From Gemmatimonadales bacterium (lineage in GTDB: Bacteria; Gemmatimonadota; Gemmatimonadetes; Gemmatimonadales; GWC2-71-9): DNA of 64,000 nucleotides. Shown piece by piece: positions 48,512 through 56,809 of this stretch (its first letter is position 1; the number at the start of each line of letters is the position of its first letter). Where the stretch lies: positions 20,836-84,835 of the forward strand of contig JBGASX010000003.1 in assembly GCA_044229445.1 (NCBI GenBank), given 5' to 3'. A program made the translations under genes and the position numbers. Below the pieces are notes generated by a model. It did not search any database and was not told the DNA's origin. It was given only the letters and a program-made list of their open reading frames with translations.

Positions 48512-48843
48512 TTGTTGGGGGTGCCTTCGAGAGCGCCGCCGGCCGGCTTCCAGAGGACCGCGTCCTCGATCTTGGCGGCCAGCTCCCAGTCCTTGTCGGT
48601 GATGCCACCGGCGGAATGGGTCTGGAGCTTCACCCAGATCTTGCCCCAGGTCACGACCAGGTCGGGATGGTGATACGCTGCCTCACACAGGAAGCCGATG
48701 GTATTGACCACGGCCAGCGTGGTGAGCCAGCCGTCGGTCTTGTACTGCCGCCGGATCCAGCCATCCTCGTAGTACCAGCCGGGGAAGCCGGTGAGCTTCT
48801 CCGCGATTTCGGTCTCGCTGTAGGTGTGTTCACTGGTCGCCAT
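48484..48843 (-). CDS. pterin-4a-carbinolamine dehydratase (PCD)-like protein
   Basis: ORF trimmed to ATG 48843 (GAGGAGG 7 nt upstream), 119 aa. ...GFLCEAAYHHPDLVVTWGKIWVKLQTH, containing the HHP motif. Confidence 0.8.
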   Translation of the reverse strand: MATSEHTYSETEIAEKLTGFPGWYYEDGWIRRQYKTDGWLTTLAVVNTIGFLCEAAYHHPDLVVTWGKIWVKLQTHSAGGITDKDWELAAKIEDAVLWKPAGGALEGTPNKWVRGGDPK

Positions 48844-48913
48844 GCTGGATCCTCCTCGGGCGGGCCGTGGCGGGGTGAGCCGCCGGCAGGTTGCGGCTGA
48901 AGTGGCCGTACCG

Positions 48914-49717
48914 CTACATGACATCTCCCCCGTTCACCATGATCATCTGCCCGGTCACGTACCGTGCAGCGTCGGACGCGAGATAGACCGCGGCCGCGGC
49001 GACGTCCTCCGGTGTGCCCCACCGTCCCATCGGAATCTGCCGGGCAATCTGCTCGCGGAACGCCTCGGGTGCGCCATTGCCGAACGCCGTCTCGATCCAG
49101 CCCGGGCCGAGCACGTTCACCCGGATCGCCGGGGCCAGCGACCGGGCGAGCGACCGGCTGAAGCTGAGGATGCCACCCTTCACCGCGGAGAACAGCTCGG
49201 GATTCTGGCCGGCCATCCCCTGCAATACACCATCCCAGGACATATTGATGATGACGCCACCCGTCGGCTGTGCCTGCATGAGTTCGGCGGCGGCCCAGGA
49301 GGCGTGCATCGTCCCGGCCAGATCGACCCGGAGGAGCAGGTCGAGTTTTTCGCGCCGTGAGAGCGTGGTGCCCGTGCCGGTCAGGATGTCCGCGCCGGCA
49401 TTGTTGACCCATGCGTCGACACCGCCGAGCGCCGCTTTGAGGGTGGCGACGAGTTCGGTCAGTTGCGCCTGGTCGCTGACGTCGGCGCGGGTGATGACGG
49501 CGCGGCGCCCGGTCGTCCGGATCTCGGCCGCGACCGCGTTGGCGCCCGACTCGTTGGCACGGTAGGTGAGTGCGACGTCGGCGCCGGCCTGCGCCGCCGC
49601 GATCGCGATGGCGCGGCCGATGCCGCTCGATGCACCGGTGACGAGGACCCGCTTGCCCGCCAGTATCGCCGGGGAGGTGGTCACAGAGTTGTCGGGACCC
49701 ATGGCTCGGCGTAACAT
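48914..49717 (-). CDS. SDR-family oxidoreductase with atypical active site (FxxxK)
   Basis: 267 aa. GKRVLVTGASSGIGRAIA and NNAG are present. At the YxxxK position the sequence reads ELFSAVKGG (Phe). It is the first gene of the PCD/MptH/pabBA string. Confidence 0.8.
   Translation of the reverse strand: MLRRAMGPDNSVTTSPAILAGKRVLVTGASSGIGRAIAIAAAQAGADVALTYRANESGANAVAAEIRTTGRRAVITRADVSDQAQLTELVATLKAALGGVDAWVNNAGADILTGTGTTLSRREKLDLLLRVDLAGTMHASWAAAELMQAQPTGGVIINMSWDGVLQGMAGQNPELFSAVKGGILSFSRSLARSLAPAIRVNVLGPGWIETAFGNGAPEAFREQIARQIPMGRWGTPEDVAAAAVYLASDAARYVTGQMIMVNGGDVM
49689..49717 (+). promoter_or_regulatory. sigma-70-like promoter candidate for mfnB
   Basis: TTGTCG (49689..49694), 17 nt, TAACAT (49712..49717). 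The -10 overlaps the divergent SDR start codon. GGGAG lies 8 nt before the mfnB GTG. Confidence 0.3.
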
Positions 49718-49753
49718 ATCGGGCCGGGCCTCTCATACAAGGGAGTCGAAATC

Positions 49754-50470
49754 GTGCGACTGCTGGTCAGCGTTCGGAGTGCCGCGGAGGCCCGGCTCGC
49801 GCACGCAGGCGGAGCGGGGCTCGTCGATGCGAAGGAGCCGGAGCGCGGTCCGCTCGGTCAGGTGGACCCGGCGGTGCTGGCCGAGATTCGTGCGGCGGTC
49901 CCAGCGCGGAGCTGGATCAGTGCCGCCCTGGGTGACGTCGCGACCATCGAGGATGTCGGGCGTGCTTTTGCCGGCGTGACCGTGCCGGTCCGCTTCGTGA
50001 AGCTGGGATTTCGCGGGGTCGCGGACGGTGGTGTGGTTGAAGCGCTGCTCCGCGATGCCGTGCGGCGGGCGGAGGGGCATGAAGGCCGCCCGCGCGTCAT
50101 CGCGGTGGCCTATGGCGACCATGGGAGAGCGGGATCATTGCCGCCGGTCGCGATTGGCGAACTGGCACAGGCCGTCGGCGCGGGCGGTCTGCTGATCGAC
50201 ACCTGCGTGAAGGATGCGTTCTCGCTGTCCGATTTCGTCCCGACGGCCGTCCTGGCCGGGATCGGACGCTCCCTCGCCGGCGACGAGCTGGAGTTTGCGC
50301 TGGCGGGGAATCTCGGTGGGGAACACATCGCGCTGGCGCTCGAGGCCGGGGCGACGATCTTCGGGGTGCGCGGCGCGGCATGCGAGGCGCATCAGCGGAC
50401 GGCCGGCATCGTCGAGGCGCGGGTGCGTGAACTCGCGGAGTCGATCCGGCACGAACTGCATCGCGCCTGA
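49754..50470 (+). CDS. mfnB: (5-formylfuran-3-yl)methyl phosphate synthase (MfnB, methanofuran biosynthesis)
   Basis: 238 aa with a GTG start. MRLLVSVRSAAEARLAHAGGAGLVDAKEPERGPLG follows the MfnB/DUF556 N-terminus, including the Schiff-base Lys in D-x-K-x-P. Confidence 0.8.
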   Translation: MRLLVSVRSAAEARLAHAGGAGLVDAKEPERGPLGQVDPAVLAEIRAAVPARSWISAALGDVATIEDVGRAFAGVTVPVRFVKLGFRGVADGGVVEALLRDAVRRAEGHEGRPRVIAVAYGDHGRAGSLPPVAIGELAQAVGAGGLLIDTCVKDAFSLSDFVPTAVLAGIGRSLAGDELEFALAGNLGGEHIALALEAGATIFGVRGAACEAHQRTAGIVEARVRELAESIRHELHRA

Positions 50471-50474
50471 GCGA

Positions 50475-51032
50475 TCAGTCCCAGCGCTCCATGGTGGGAT
50501 CCACCACCCGCCAGCGGACCCCGGCCGGCAGGGCCCGGGTGAAGAAGGGATCGACCAGCTCCTCCCTCCCCGGGACCGGCTTCACCAGCACGATTTCCTC
50601 CGCGCCGAGCAGCGTCGCCAGATAGGCGGCGAGACTGTCGCTCGTGACCTCCCAGCTGTGCGGCAGTTCGTCCGCGGCCCGGAGCCAGCGCGCCGGGGCG
50701 AGGACCGGGATCGTGCCGGCGCCGAGCGCGGCCTGCACGCCCGCACCATCCTCCACCAGTCGCGCCCCTGGAATGACATCGGCCAGCGCGAAGGCGTACT
50801 GGTCCATGGCCACGATCGCCATCCAGTGTGCCGCCGAGGGAGAGAGGGCGTGCGTCGCATCGAACGCGCGTACGGCGTCGGCGAACGGCCCCCCGCCCGG
50901 GATCACGACCAGGGGACGCCGTGACGCCACGCCCGCAATCGTCCGGGCGACCCGGCGCAGGGCGTCTGGCTGGGCGGCCAGGCCACCACCGACTTTCACG
51001 ACGGTAAGGGACTCGGTGTGCACGGGTTCCAT
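50475..51032 (-). CDS. amino-acid-kinase-fold protein (MfnE-like furan-methyl phosphate kinase candidate)
   Basis: ORF 50475..51125 trimmed to ATG 51032: MEPVHTESLTVVKVGGGL... (K-x-GG motif), then PLVVIPGGG and TSDSLAAYLA. Alternative ATG 51059. Confidence 0.65.
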   Translation of the reverse strand: MEPVHTESLTVVKVGGGLAAQPDALRRVARTIAGVASRRPLVVIPGGGPFADAVRAFDATHALSPSAAHWMAIVAMDQYAFALADVIPGARLVEDGAGVQAALGAGTIPVLAPARWLRAADELPHSWEVTSDSLAAYLATLLGAEEIVLVKPVPGREELVDPFFTRALPAGVRWRVVDPTMERWD

Positions 51033-51048
51033 GATACCTTTGTTGCCG

Positions 51049-51786
51049 ATGGAACTCATCCCCGTTCTCGACCTGCTCGGCGGCCAGGCCGTCCATGCCC
51101 GGCGCGGCGCCCGGGAGAAGTACAAGCCGGTGCAGTCGGCCCTCCTGCCGGGGACTGCCGGCGACGCCGTGGCGCTGGGTCGCGCCTACCGCAGCATGCT
51201 CGGGGCGAGCCGCTGCTACGTCGCGGATCTCGACGCGATCCAGGGCTGGGCACCCCAGCTTACGCTGCTGCAGTCGATCACCGACCCGTCGCATGGCTTT
51301 GGTCCGGGCCTGATGGTGGACGGAGGCATCTCGACGCCGCGCGCGGCGGCCGCGCTCGTGCAGGCGGGGGCGACGACGGTGGTCGTCGGGCTGGAAACAC
51401 TGCGGGGCTTCGAGGATCTCAAGGCGATCGTCGATGCCGTCGGAGGCGAGCGCGTCGTCTTCAGCCTCGACCTGCTCGAAGGCAAGCCGATTCGCCGGCG
51501 GACCGGACGGATCGCGAGTCAGGAAGCGGTCTCGCTGGAACTCGGTGCGCGCGCGGTCGAGGCGGGAGTGTCGGCGGTGCTGGTGCTGGACCTGGCTGCA
51601 GTGGGTACCGAGGCGGGGCCGCGCAATCTCGATCTGATCGGCGGGCTCAAGCGGCTGCTCTGGGTGCCGATCTACGCCGGCGGTGGGGTGCGCACGGCCG
51701 CCGATCTCGAGGTCCTTGCCGAGGCGGGCTGCGACGCGGCCCTCGTCGGCTCCGCGGTCCACAGCGGGGCCATCACGCCGTCATAG
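51049..51786 (+). CDS. HisA/HisF-family (beta/alpha)8 barrel protein (C1-cofactor biosynthesis associated)
   Basis: ORF 50644..51786 trimmed to ATG 51049: MELIPVLDLLGGQAVHARRG... and ...IYAGGGVRTAADLEVLAEAGCDAALVGSAVH. Alternative ATG 51031. Confidence 0.7.
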   Translation: MELIPVLDLLGGQAVHARRGAREKYKPVQSALLPGTAGDAVALGRAYRSMLGASRCYVADLDAIQGWAPQLTLLQSITDPSHGFGPGLMVDGGISTPRAAAALVQAGATTVVVGLETLRGFEDLKAIVDAVGGERVVFSLDLLEGKPIRRRTGRIASQEAVSLELGARAVEAGVSAVLVLDLAAVGTEAGPRNLDLIGGLKRLLWVPIYAGGGVRTAADLEVLAEAGCDAALVGSAVHSGAITPS

Positions 51787-52273
51787 CCATCCGGTAGGTC
51801 GCGGACTGGCCGAAGCTCTCCTCCACTTCCATCTCGATCGCGGTCAGGTTGGCGATGCCCATCGCCAGCAGCGCCTCGCGCGTCCGCTGCGCGAAGTACT
51901 GCGCGATCATCTCCGCCGTCGTATTCTCGATCGGCATCATGGCACAGTCGACAGTCGGGAAGGTGTAGGTGTGCTCCCCGAAGTAGTCCACCTGGGTGTG
52001 CTTCCCTTCGCTGCGGAACGCGAGCTTGGGATTCTTGCAGGGGAGCAGCACCCGGTGGTCGATCTCGTCCACCAGGGTGCGGACCGTCTTCTTCAGGATC
52101 GAGAAGTCGACGACGAAGAGACACTCGTTGTCGACGCTTCCCTCGACCGTCACCCCGACCCGGTAGTTGTGCCCGTGCAGCGTCTCGCACTGGTGACCAC
52201 GGAAGGTGATGAAGTGGGCCGAGCTGAAGACCAGATAGTCCTTGCTGACGGTAACCTTGAAATCACTGCGCAC
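51773..52273 (-). CDS. 6-pyruvoyl-tetrahydropterin synthase family protein
   Basis: CETLHGHNY (Cx3HGH). GTG 52273 has GAGGAA 5 nt upstream (166 aa); the track start 52306 gives 177 aa. It overlaps the 3' end of the convergent HisA-like gene by 14 nt. Confidence 0.8.
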   Translation of the reverse strand: MRSDFKVTVSKDYLVFSSAHFITFRGHQCETLHGHNYRVGVTVEGSVDNECLFVVDFSILKKTVRTLVDEIDHRVLLPCKNPKLAFRSEGKHTQVDYFGEHTYTFPTVDCAMMPIENTTAEMIAQYFAQRTREALLAMGIANLTAIEMEVEESFGQSATYRMAMTA

Positions 52274-53171
52274 GGGGGTTCCTCGAACGAACGTTCCGCC
52301 ACCCATCCTCGAGCAGGATCACGAAGAGGGCGGCAGCGGTCAGGTCGGCGGTGGTGCCGGGGTTGCGTGAATTGTGCGCGTCCCGGAGGGTGGAGTCAAA
52401 CGCGGTGATCGCGGCGCGCCCCCCGGCGCTCCGGACACCTCCGGCACGGAGCACCGCTTCCGCCTCGCGGCTGACCCCCTCTGCCTCAGCGCGGCCGAGC
52501 TTGCGGGCGATCAGCGTGTCGGGCCGTGCCGCGAGCAGCGCGAGGTAGCACTCGACGGTGGCATCGGCCCAGTCGAGGCCATCCATCCGGGCCTTCCGGA
52601 GCGCGGGTGCGCCGGTGCTGAAGGTGATGGCGAAGTCGCTCGCATATTCCGCCGCCACGGCATCCCGGTCCGCGGCGAGCCGCATCGTGTCGAGCAGGGT
52701 GACCGTCGGCTCCGCGGCGATATCCTGCTCGGTGGCGGCACCGAGGCCGCCGGGACGGGCGCTGCGGATGGCCGCGTAGACCGATCGTGCATCCGCGATC
52801 GTGCTCGCGGCGAGGACCCGCGCGACGGCCGCGCGAAGCTCCGAGGCGTCTGCTCCTGGCTGGCATTCCCTCGCCGCCCGCGCGAGCGGCGCGAAGAGCA
52901 GGATGATGCCGAGATTGGTGTTCGCGTCGGTCCAGCGCCGCGTGGCGTGCACCGCCTCGAGAATCGTCTCACCCAGGCCGCGCCCGGCGGCGCGGCCGAG
53001 GGCGGGGCCGGCCGCGATCGCGCTGGCGACGAAGTCCTCGTAGCGCATGTCGCGGAAGGGGCGGCCGGGCGAGACGTTGCCAGGCTTGGGGGCGCTCGCT
53101 TCGAGGATCGCGGCAAGTGTCGCGAGTGCGGCCAACTCGGCAGTTGGGTCTCGGGACTCGGAGCGGCTCAT
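52263..53171 (-). CDS. triphosphoribosyl-dephospho-CoA synthase (CitG/MdcB) family protein
   Basis: ORF 52263..53357 trimmed to ATG 53171 (ATGA overlap with the upstream gene). APKPGNVSP, NTNLGIILL and NPGTTADL. 302 aa. Confidence 0.75.
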   Translation of the reverse strand: MSRSESRDPTAELAALATLAAILEASAPKPGNVSPGRPFRDMRYEDFVASAIAAGPALGRAAGRGLGETILEAVHATRRWTDANTNLGIILLFAPLARAARECQPGADASELRAAVARVLAASTIADARSVYAAIRSARPGGLGAATEQDIAAEPTVTLLDTMRLAADRDAVAAEYASDFAITFSTGAPALRKARMDGLDWADATVECYLALLAARPDTLIARKLGRAEAEGVSREAEAVLRAGGVRSAGGRAAITAFDSTLRDAHNSRNPGTTADLTAAALFVILLEDGWRNVRSRNPRAQ

Positions 53172-54031
53172 CGCGAAAGCAACTGATCGACGATGGTCGC
53201 CGCCACGTCGATATCCGTCGCCTGCTGCAGCCCCTCCCACCCTGGAATGCCGTTCACCTCGAGCACGTAGACCGTGCCGTCCTCCGCCGGCAGCAGATCG
53301 ACGCCGGCGTACTCCGCGCCGACCGCGTCGGCCGCGCGGATCGCGAGGTCGGCCCATGCGGCAGGGAGGGTGAATGCCTGCACGGTGCCACCGCGAGAGA
53401 AGTTGGTCCGCCAGCCTGGCGCGCTCCGCTCGATCGCGCCCACGATTCTCCCGCCCACGACGAAGGCGCGAACATCACGGCCCGCATGGGGGATGAATCG
53501 CTGGAGGTAGTAGACCCCGCGCACGGTCTCCACTACGCGGAAGACCCGCCAGGCCATGTCCTCGTCGCTCACGCGCGACATGCCGAGGCCCATCGAGCCG
53601 AAGATCGGCTTGACCACCACGTCGCCCATCGCGCGGAAGGCGGCGAAGGCGTCCTCGGCCCGCTCGCAGGCGACGGTCTCCGGCGTGGGAAGACCGGCCC
53701 GCTCCAGAATCGCGGAGGTCCATGCCTTGTCCACCGTGCGCTCGATGGCGCGGGCGGTGTTCATCACCCGCACCCCTTCCTCTTCGAGTCGATGGAGCGT
53801 GTCGACGCGGTAGATGATCTGTTCCAGCGAGCCGCCGGGGATGATCCGGGCAATGACCCCGCGCGCCTCACGGAGCAGCCGCCCGCTGTTGCTCACGCCG
53901 CTCGCGCCACCCATGCGGCCGATGTTGGCCTCCCAGGGCAGCAGAAGCGGCTCGAGCCCGCGCGCGCCGATGGCGCGCACGAGCTCGTTGGTATGCCAGC
54001 CTGCCTCCGAGGCCAGAACGATGATCTGCAT
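53168..54031 (-). CDS. RimK-type ATP-grasp ligase (MptN-like tetrahydromethanopterin:glutamate ligase candidate)
   Basis: 287 aa, MQIIVLASEAGWHTNELVRA...VVKPIFGSMGLGM...VLEVNGIPGW. Confidence 0.7.
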   Translation of the reverse strand: MQIIVLASEAGWHTNELVRAIGARGLEPLLLPWEANIGRMGGASGVSNSGRLLREARGVIARIIPGGSLEQIIYRVDTLHRLEEEGVRVMNTARAIERTVDKAWTSAILERAGLPTPETVACERAEDAFAAFRAMGDVVVKPIFGSMGLGMSRVSDEDMAWRVFRVVETVRGVYYLQRFIPHAGRDVRAFVVGGRIVGAIERSAPGWRTNFSRGGTVQAFTLPAAWADLAIRAADAVGAEYAGVDLLPAEDGTVYVLEVNGIPGWEGLQQATDIDVAATIVDQLLSR

Positions 54032-54052
54032 CGTTCTGCGCGCGCTCGCCGG

Positions 54053-54841
54053 TTACGGCTTGGAGGTGAGGTGCCCCACCAGGGCCGTCAGGCCGCCGTC
54101 GGCGAACTTCGGCAGGTCGTCGCCCACGGCCTTGAAGGCGGCGGTGGCGGTGCCGGTCTTGAGCGCGGCCGCATTCGGGAAATACAGCTTCGCCTGACGA
54201 TAGAACGCCGCCGGGCTGCCATCGAGATTCTTGGCATACTTGGTGAGCTCCGCGCGGGTGAAGCCGATCTCCTTGGCGCCGGCACCCACCAGCGGGAGGT
54301 GCGTCGCGGCGTAGTACGACTCGAACGCCGCGGCATCCTTGGGCTGGTTGTAGATCACCGTCACGAACGCCGTGGTGTCGCCGGTGAGCAGGTCGGCGTG
54401 ATCGCTGGTCTCCTCGCCGATCATGCCGGTCAGGCCGCCGGTCGCGAACTTGGCGAGGTCATCACCGATCGCCTTGAAGCCCGGGGTCGCGATGCCGGCC
54501 TCGAGCGCTGCCATGTCCTTGAACCAGAGCACCGCCTGCCGGTAGTAGGTCGGCTTCTTGCCGTCGAGCGTCGCGTCGAACTTGGTCAGTTCGGCCGAGA
54601 CGAAGCCTACCTCGGCCTGCTTGGCGCCGACCAGCGGCACGTGGGTCTCCCAGTAGTACTTCTCGAAGGCGGTGGCGCTCTTCGGGGTGTTGTAGATGAC
54701 CGTGACGAACGCCATCGGCGCCGGCTTGGGCGGCGGAGTCGGAGCAGCGGCGGTGGTGTCCGCGGCCGGCTTCTCGGCCGGCTTGGAGCAGGCGGCCAGC
54801 GCGAGCAGGCCGAGTGCGGGGAGCAGGGCAAGACGACGCAT
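54053..54841 (-). CDS. lipoprotein with two tandem EthD domains
   Basis: ATG 54841 (GAGGA 7 nt upstream). Lipobox LLALAAC|S and a PA-rich linker, then two homologous ~100-aa units (FVTVIYNTPKSATAFEKYYWETHVPLVG... and FVTVIYNQPKDAAAFESYYAATHLPLVG...). 262 aa. Confidence 0.8.
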   Translation of the reverse strand: MRRLALLPALGLLALAACSKPAEKPAADTTAAAPTPPPKPAPMAFVTVIYNTPKSATAFEKYYWETHVPLVGAKQAEVGFVSAELTKFDATLDGKKPTYYRQAVLWFKDMAALEAGIATPGFKAIGDDLAKFATGGLTGMIGEETSDHADLLTGDTTAFVTVIYNQPKDAAAFESYYAATHLPLVGAGAKEIGFTRAELTKYAKNLDGSPAAFYRQAKLYFPNAAALKTGTATAAFKAVGDDLPKFADGGLTALVGHLTSKP

Positions 54842-54871
54842 CACAGGATCCTCGGAGGGGGTGGGCAGCGG

Positions 54872-55843
54872 TCAGTCAGGGTACAGCGACTTCTTCAGCA
54901 CGTCCGCATCGACCCGGCCGGCGTGATAGCTCCGTCCCGAGGTGGCGCTGGTCAGCCACACCTCGGCGGGACTGAAGAGCAGCGGGTCGATCTTGTAGAA
55001 ATCCTTGTCGTAGCGCTCGAAGATCTCGTAGAACGGCATGCCGTAGTCCTTCGAGGCGCTGGCCGGCAGCTTCATCGCGAGCTCCGCGAGCTCGGTGTCG
55101 CTGGCCTTGATCGTGTAGTGGGCCTGGCCACCGTAGAGGATGCAGTCGTTGGTGCGCCCGATGCCGCGCATGTCGTTTTTCGCGACGGTCGCGATCGGCG
55201 CGGTGCCGATGCCGCTCACCACCTTGCCGACGTCGAAGCCGAGGGTCTCCATCTTGTGGAGCCCGGTCTCGAGAATGCGTGCCGAGATCTGGGTGCCGCC
55301 CGCGAGACTCGCGGTCGGGGCGATGACGAAGGTGAGCTGCCCGGGCGACAGGTTCGCCTTCTTCGCGACGTACTCCGCGACCGCGTCGGTCGGAAGCTCG
55401 CGTCCCTCCAGCACCAGCACACCGCAGGTGGCCTGCTCGGCGTAGTGCAGCTTTGCGAACAGCTCCTTCTCGACCCGCGCGTGGGCGCGGAGCGGGCCCG
55501 AGCCCATGGCAAAGTACTTGTCGACCTGAATGGCCCACCCGGCATACTGCGACGCCATGCACGCCACTTCGGGGTGGTCGGTGCGCACCTGAACGCCGGG
55601 CCAGTTCTCGCCGCCGAGCTGCAGGGAGGCGTATTCGACGTCCCCGAGCCCGCCCATGCAGATCTCGCTGAGGATCAGGCCGGCGTTGAAGCCGCCATCC
55701 ACGTTCACGCCGGCATCGATCACCCCGGCACCCGACCCGAGCGTGTGCACCGCGATGCGCAGCCCCGCCGCATCCTCGGCCATCACTTCCGCGAGATCGC
55801 GGGCGCGTTCATTCATCATGAGGCTGGTCATCTGTCCATCCAT
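54872..55843 (-). CDS. mch: methenyltetrahydromethanopterin cyclohydrolase
   Basis: ORF 54872..55984 trimmed to ATG 55843 (alternatives 55831 and 55819). ...SLMMNERA..., QVRTDHPEVACMASQYAGW, KYFAMGSGPLRA. Confidence 0.88.
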   Translation of the reverse strand: MDGQMTSLMMNERARDLAEVMAEDAAGLRIAVHTLGSGAGVIDAGVNVDGGFNAGLILSEICMGGLGDVEYASLQLGGENWPGVQVRTDHPEVACMASQYAGWAIQVDKYFAMGSGPLRAHARVEKELFAKLHYAEQATCGVLVLEGRELPTDAVAEYVAKKANLSPGQLTFVIAPTASLAGGTQISARILETGLHKMETLGFDVGKVVSGIGTAPIATVAKNDMRGIGRTNDCILYGGQAHYTIKASDTELAELAMKLPASASKDYGMPFYEIFERYDKDFYKIDPLLFSPAEVWLTSATSGRSYHAGRVDADVLKKSLYPD

Positions 55844-55993
55844 CCGAGGAGTCCGCCGGCCTGGGGACCGCGGGGCAGGCGCGACAAGATAAACCGTCTG
55901 CCGGGAGACTGGAACGTGCGCCCCTCGACGCCGAACGGGGTGGCCAACCTGGCCACCCCGTCCCTGGTGACGACGTCGTGGCACCGCGCTGCG

Positions 55994-56809
55994 TCAGGTC
56001 CGGACCAGGATCTCCCCTCGTCCGTCATTGCCGAGGTCGCCCATGAAACGGCGGACCCGGAGTCCGGTATCCGGGAGGGTCGCGAATCGCCCGGGCAGGG
56101 AGCGCCACGAGCGCACCAGCAGCGTGAGGATGGTGAGCGGAAATTCGCCGCAGTCATTGAAGGTCGGCAACAGGGACGGAGGCGCCTGCTGCAGCAGCAG
56201 CGTGCCACGGCGCATCGCCAGCCCGGGATCACGCCCGACGCTGCCCCAGACGGCGATGGTGCCCGCCACCATCCGGGAGGCGCAGTAATCGCCCGCGTTG
56301 CCTTCGATGAGCAGCATCCCGCGCCGCATGCGGTCGCCCGCGCGGTCGCCCGCGTTGCCGCTGATGACCACGGTCCCGCCCTGCATCCCCCGATGCTCGC
56401 CGGCGATCGCCGCAGCCACGAACTCGCCGACATTGCCGCGAACATGGATCAGTCCGCTCTTCATTCCCGAGGCCGCGTAGGCGCCGGCATGGCCTTCCAC
56501 GTCGATGCGGCCCCCGTCGAGTCCGGCGCCGAGGAAGGAGCCCGCTCCGCCTTGCACGGTGATCGAGCCCTTCGTCATCCCCTGACCGATCCGGTCGAAC
56601 TGGTCGCAGCTGTTCCGGAACTCGATCGTGTCGCCCGTCTCACCTGCGATCGTGAACAGCTCTGCGGCGCGGATCGTCCGGTTGCCGCTCGGCAGGGGCA
56701 CTTCGCCGATCTGGGCGAGCGACATCCCCGAGAGCCGGTCCACCGTCAGGGCGGAGAGATCGACGCGCTGTGCCGGGCGCTCCCGGAGCGTGAAGGTGAG
56801 GGCCGTCAT
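55994..56809 (-). CDS. fhcC: formyltransferase/hydrolase complex subunit C (FwdC homologue)
   Basis: 271 aa with Gly-rich beta-helix repeats VQGGAGSFLGAGLDGGRIDVEGHAGAYAASGMKSGLIHVRGNVGEF...ISGNAGDRAGDRM...IEGNAGDYCASRM. Confidence 0.88.
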   Translation of the reverse strand: MTALTFTLRERPAQRVDLSALTVDRLSGMSLAQIGEVPLPSGNRTIRAAELFTIAGETGDTIEFRNSCDQFDRIGQGMTKGSITVQGGAGSFLGAGLDGGRIDVEGHAGAYAASGMKSGLIHVRGNVGEFVAAAIAGEHRGMQGGTVVISGNAGDRAGDRMRRGMLLIEGNAGDYCASRMVAGTIAVWGSVGRDPGLAMRRGTLLLQQAPPSLLPTFNDCGEFPLTILTLLVRSWRSLPGRFATLPDTGLRVRRFMGDLGNDGRGEILVRT

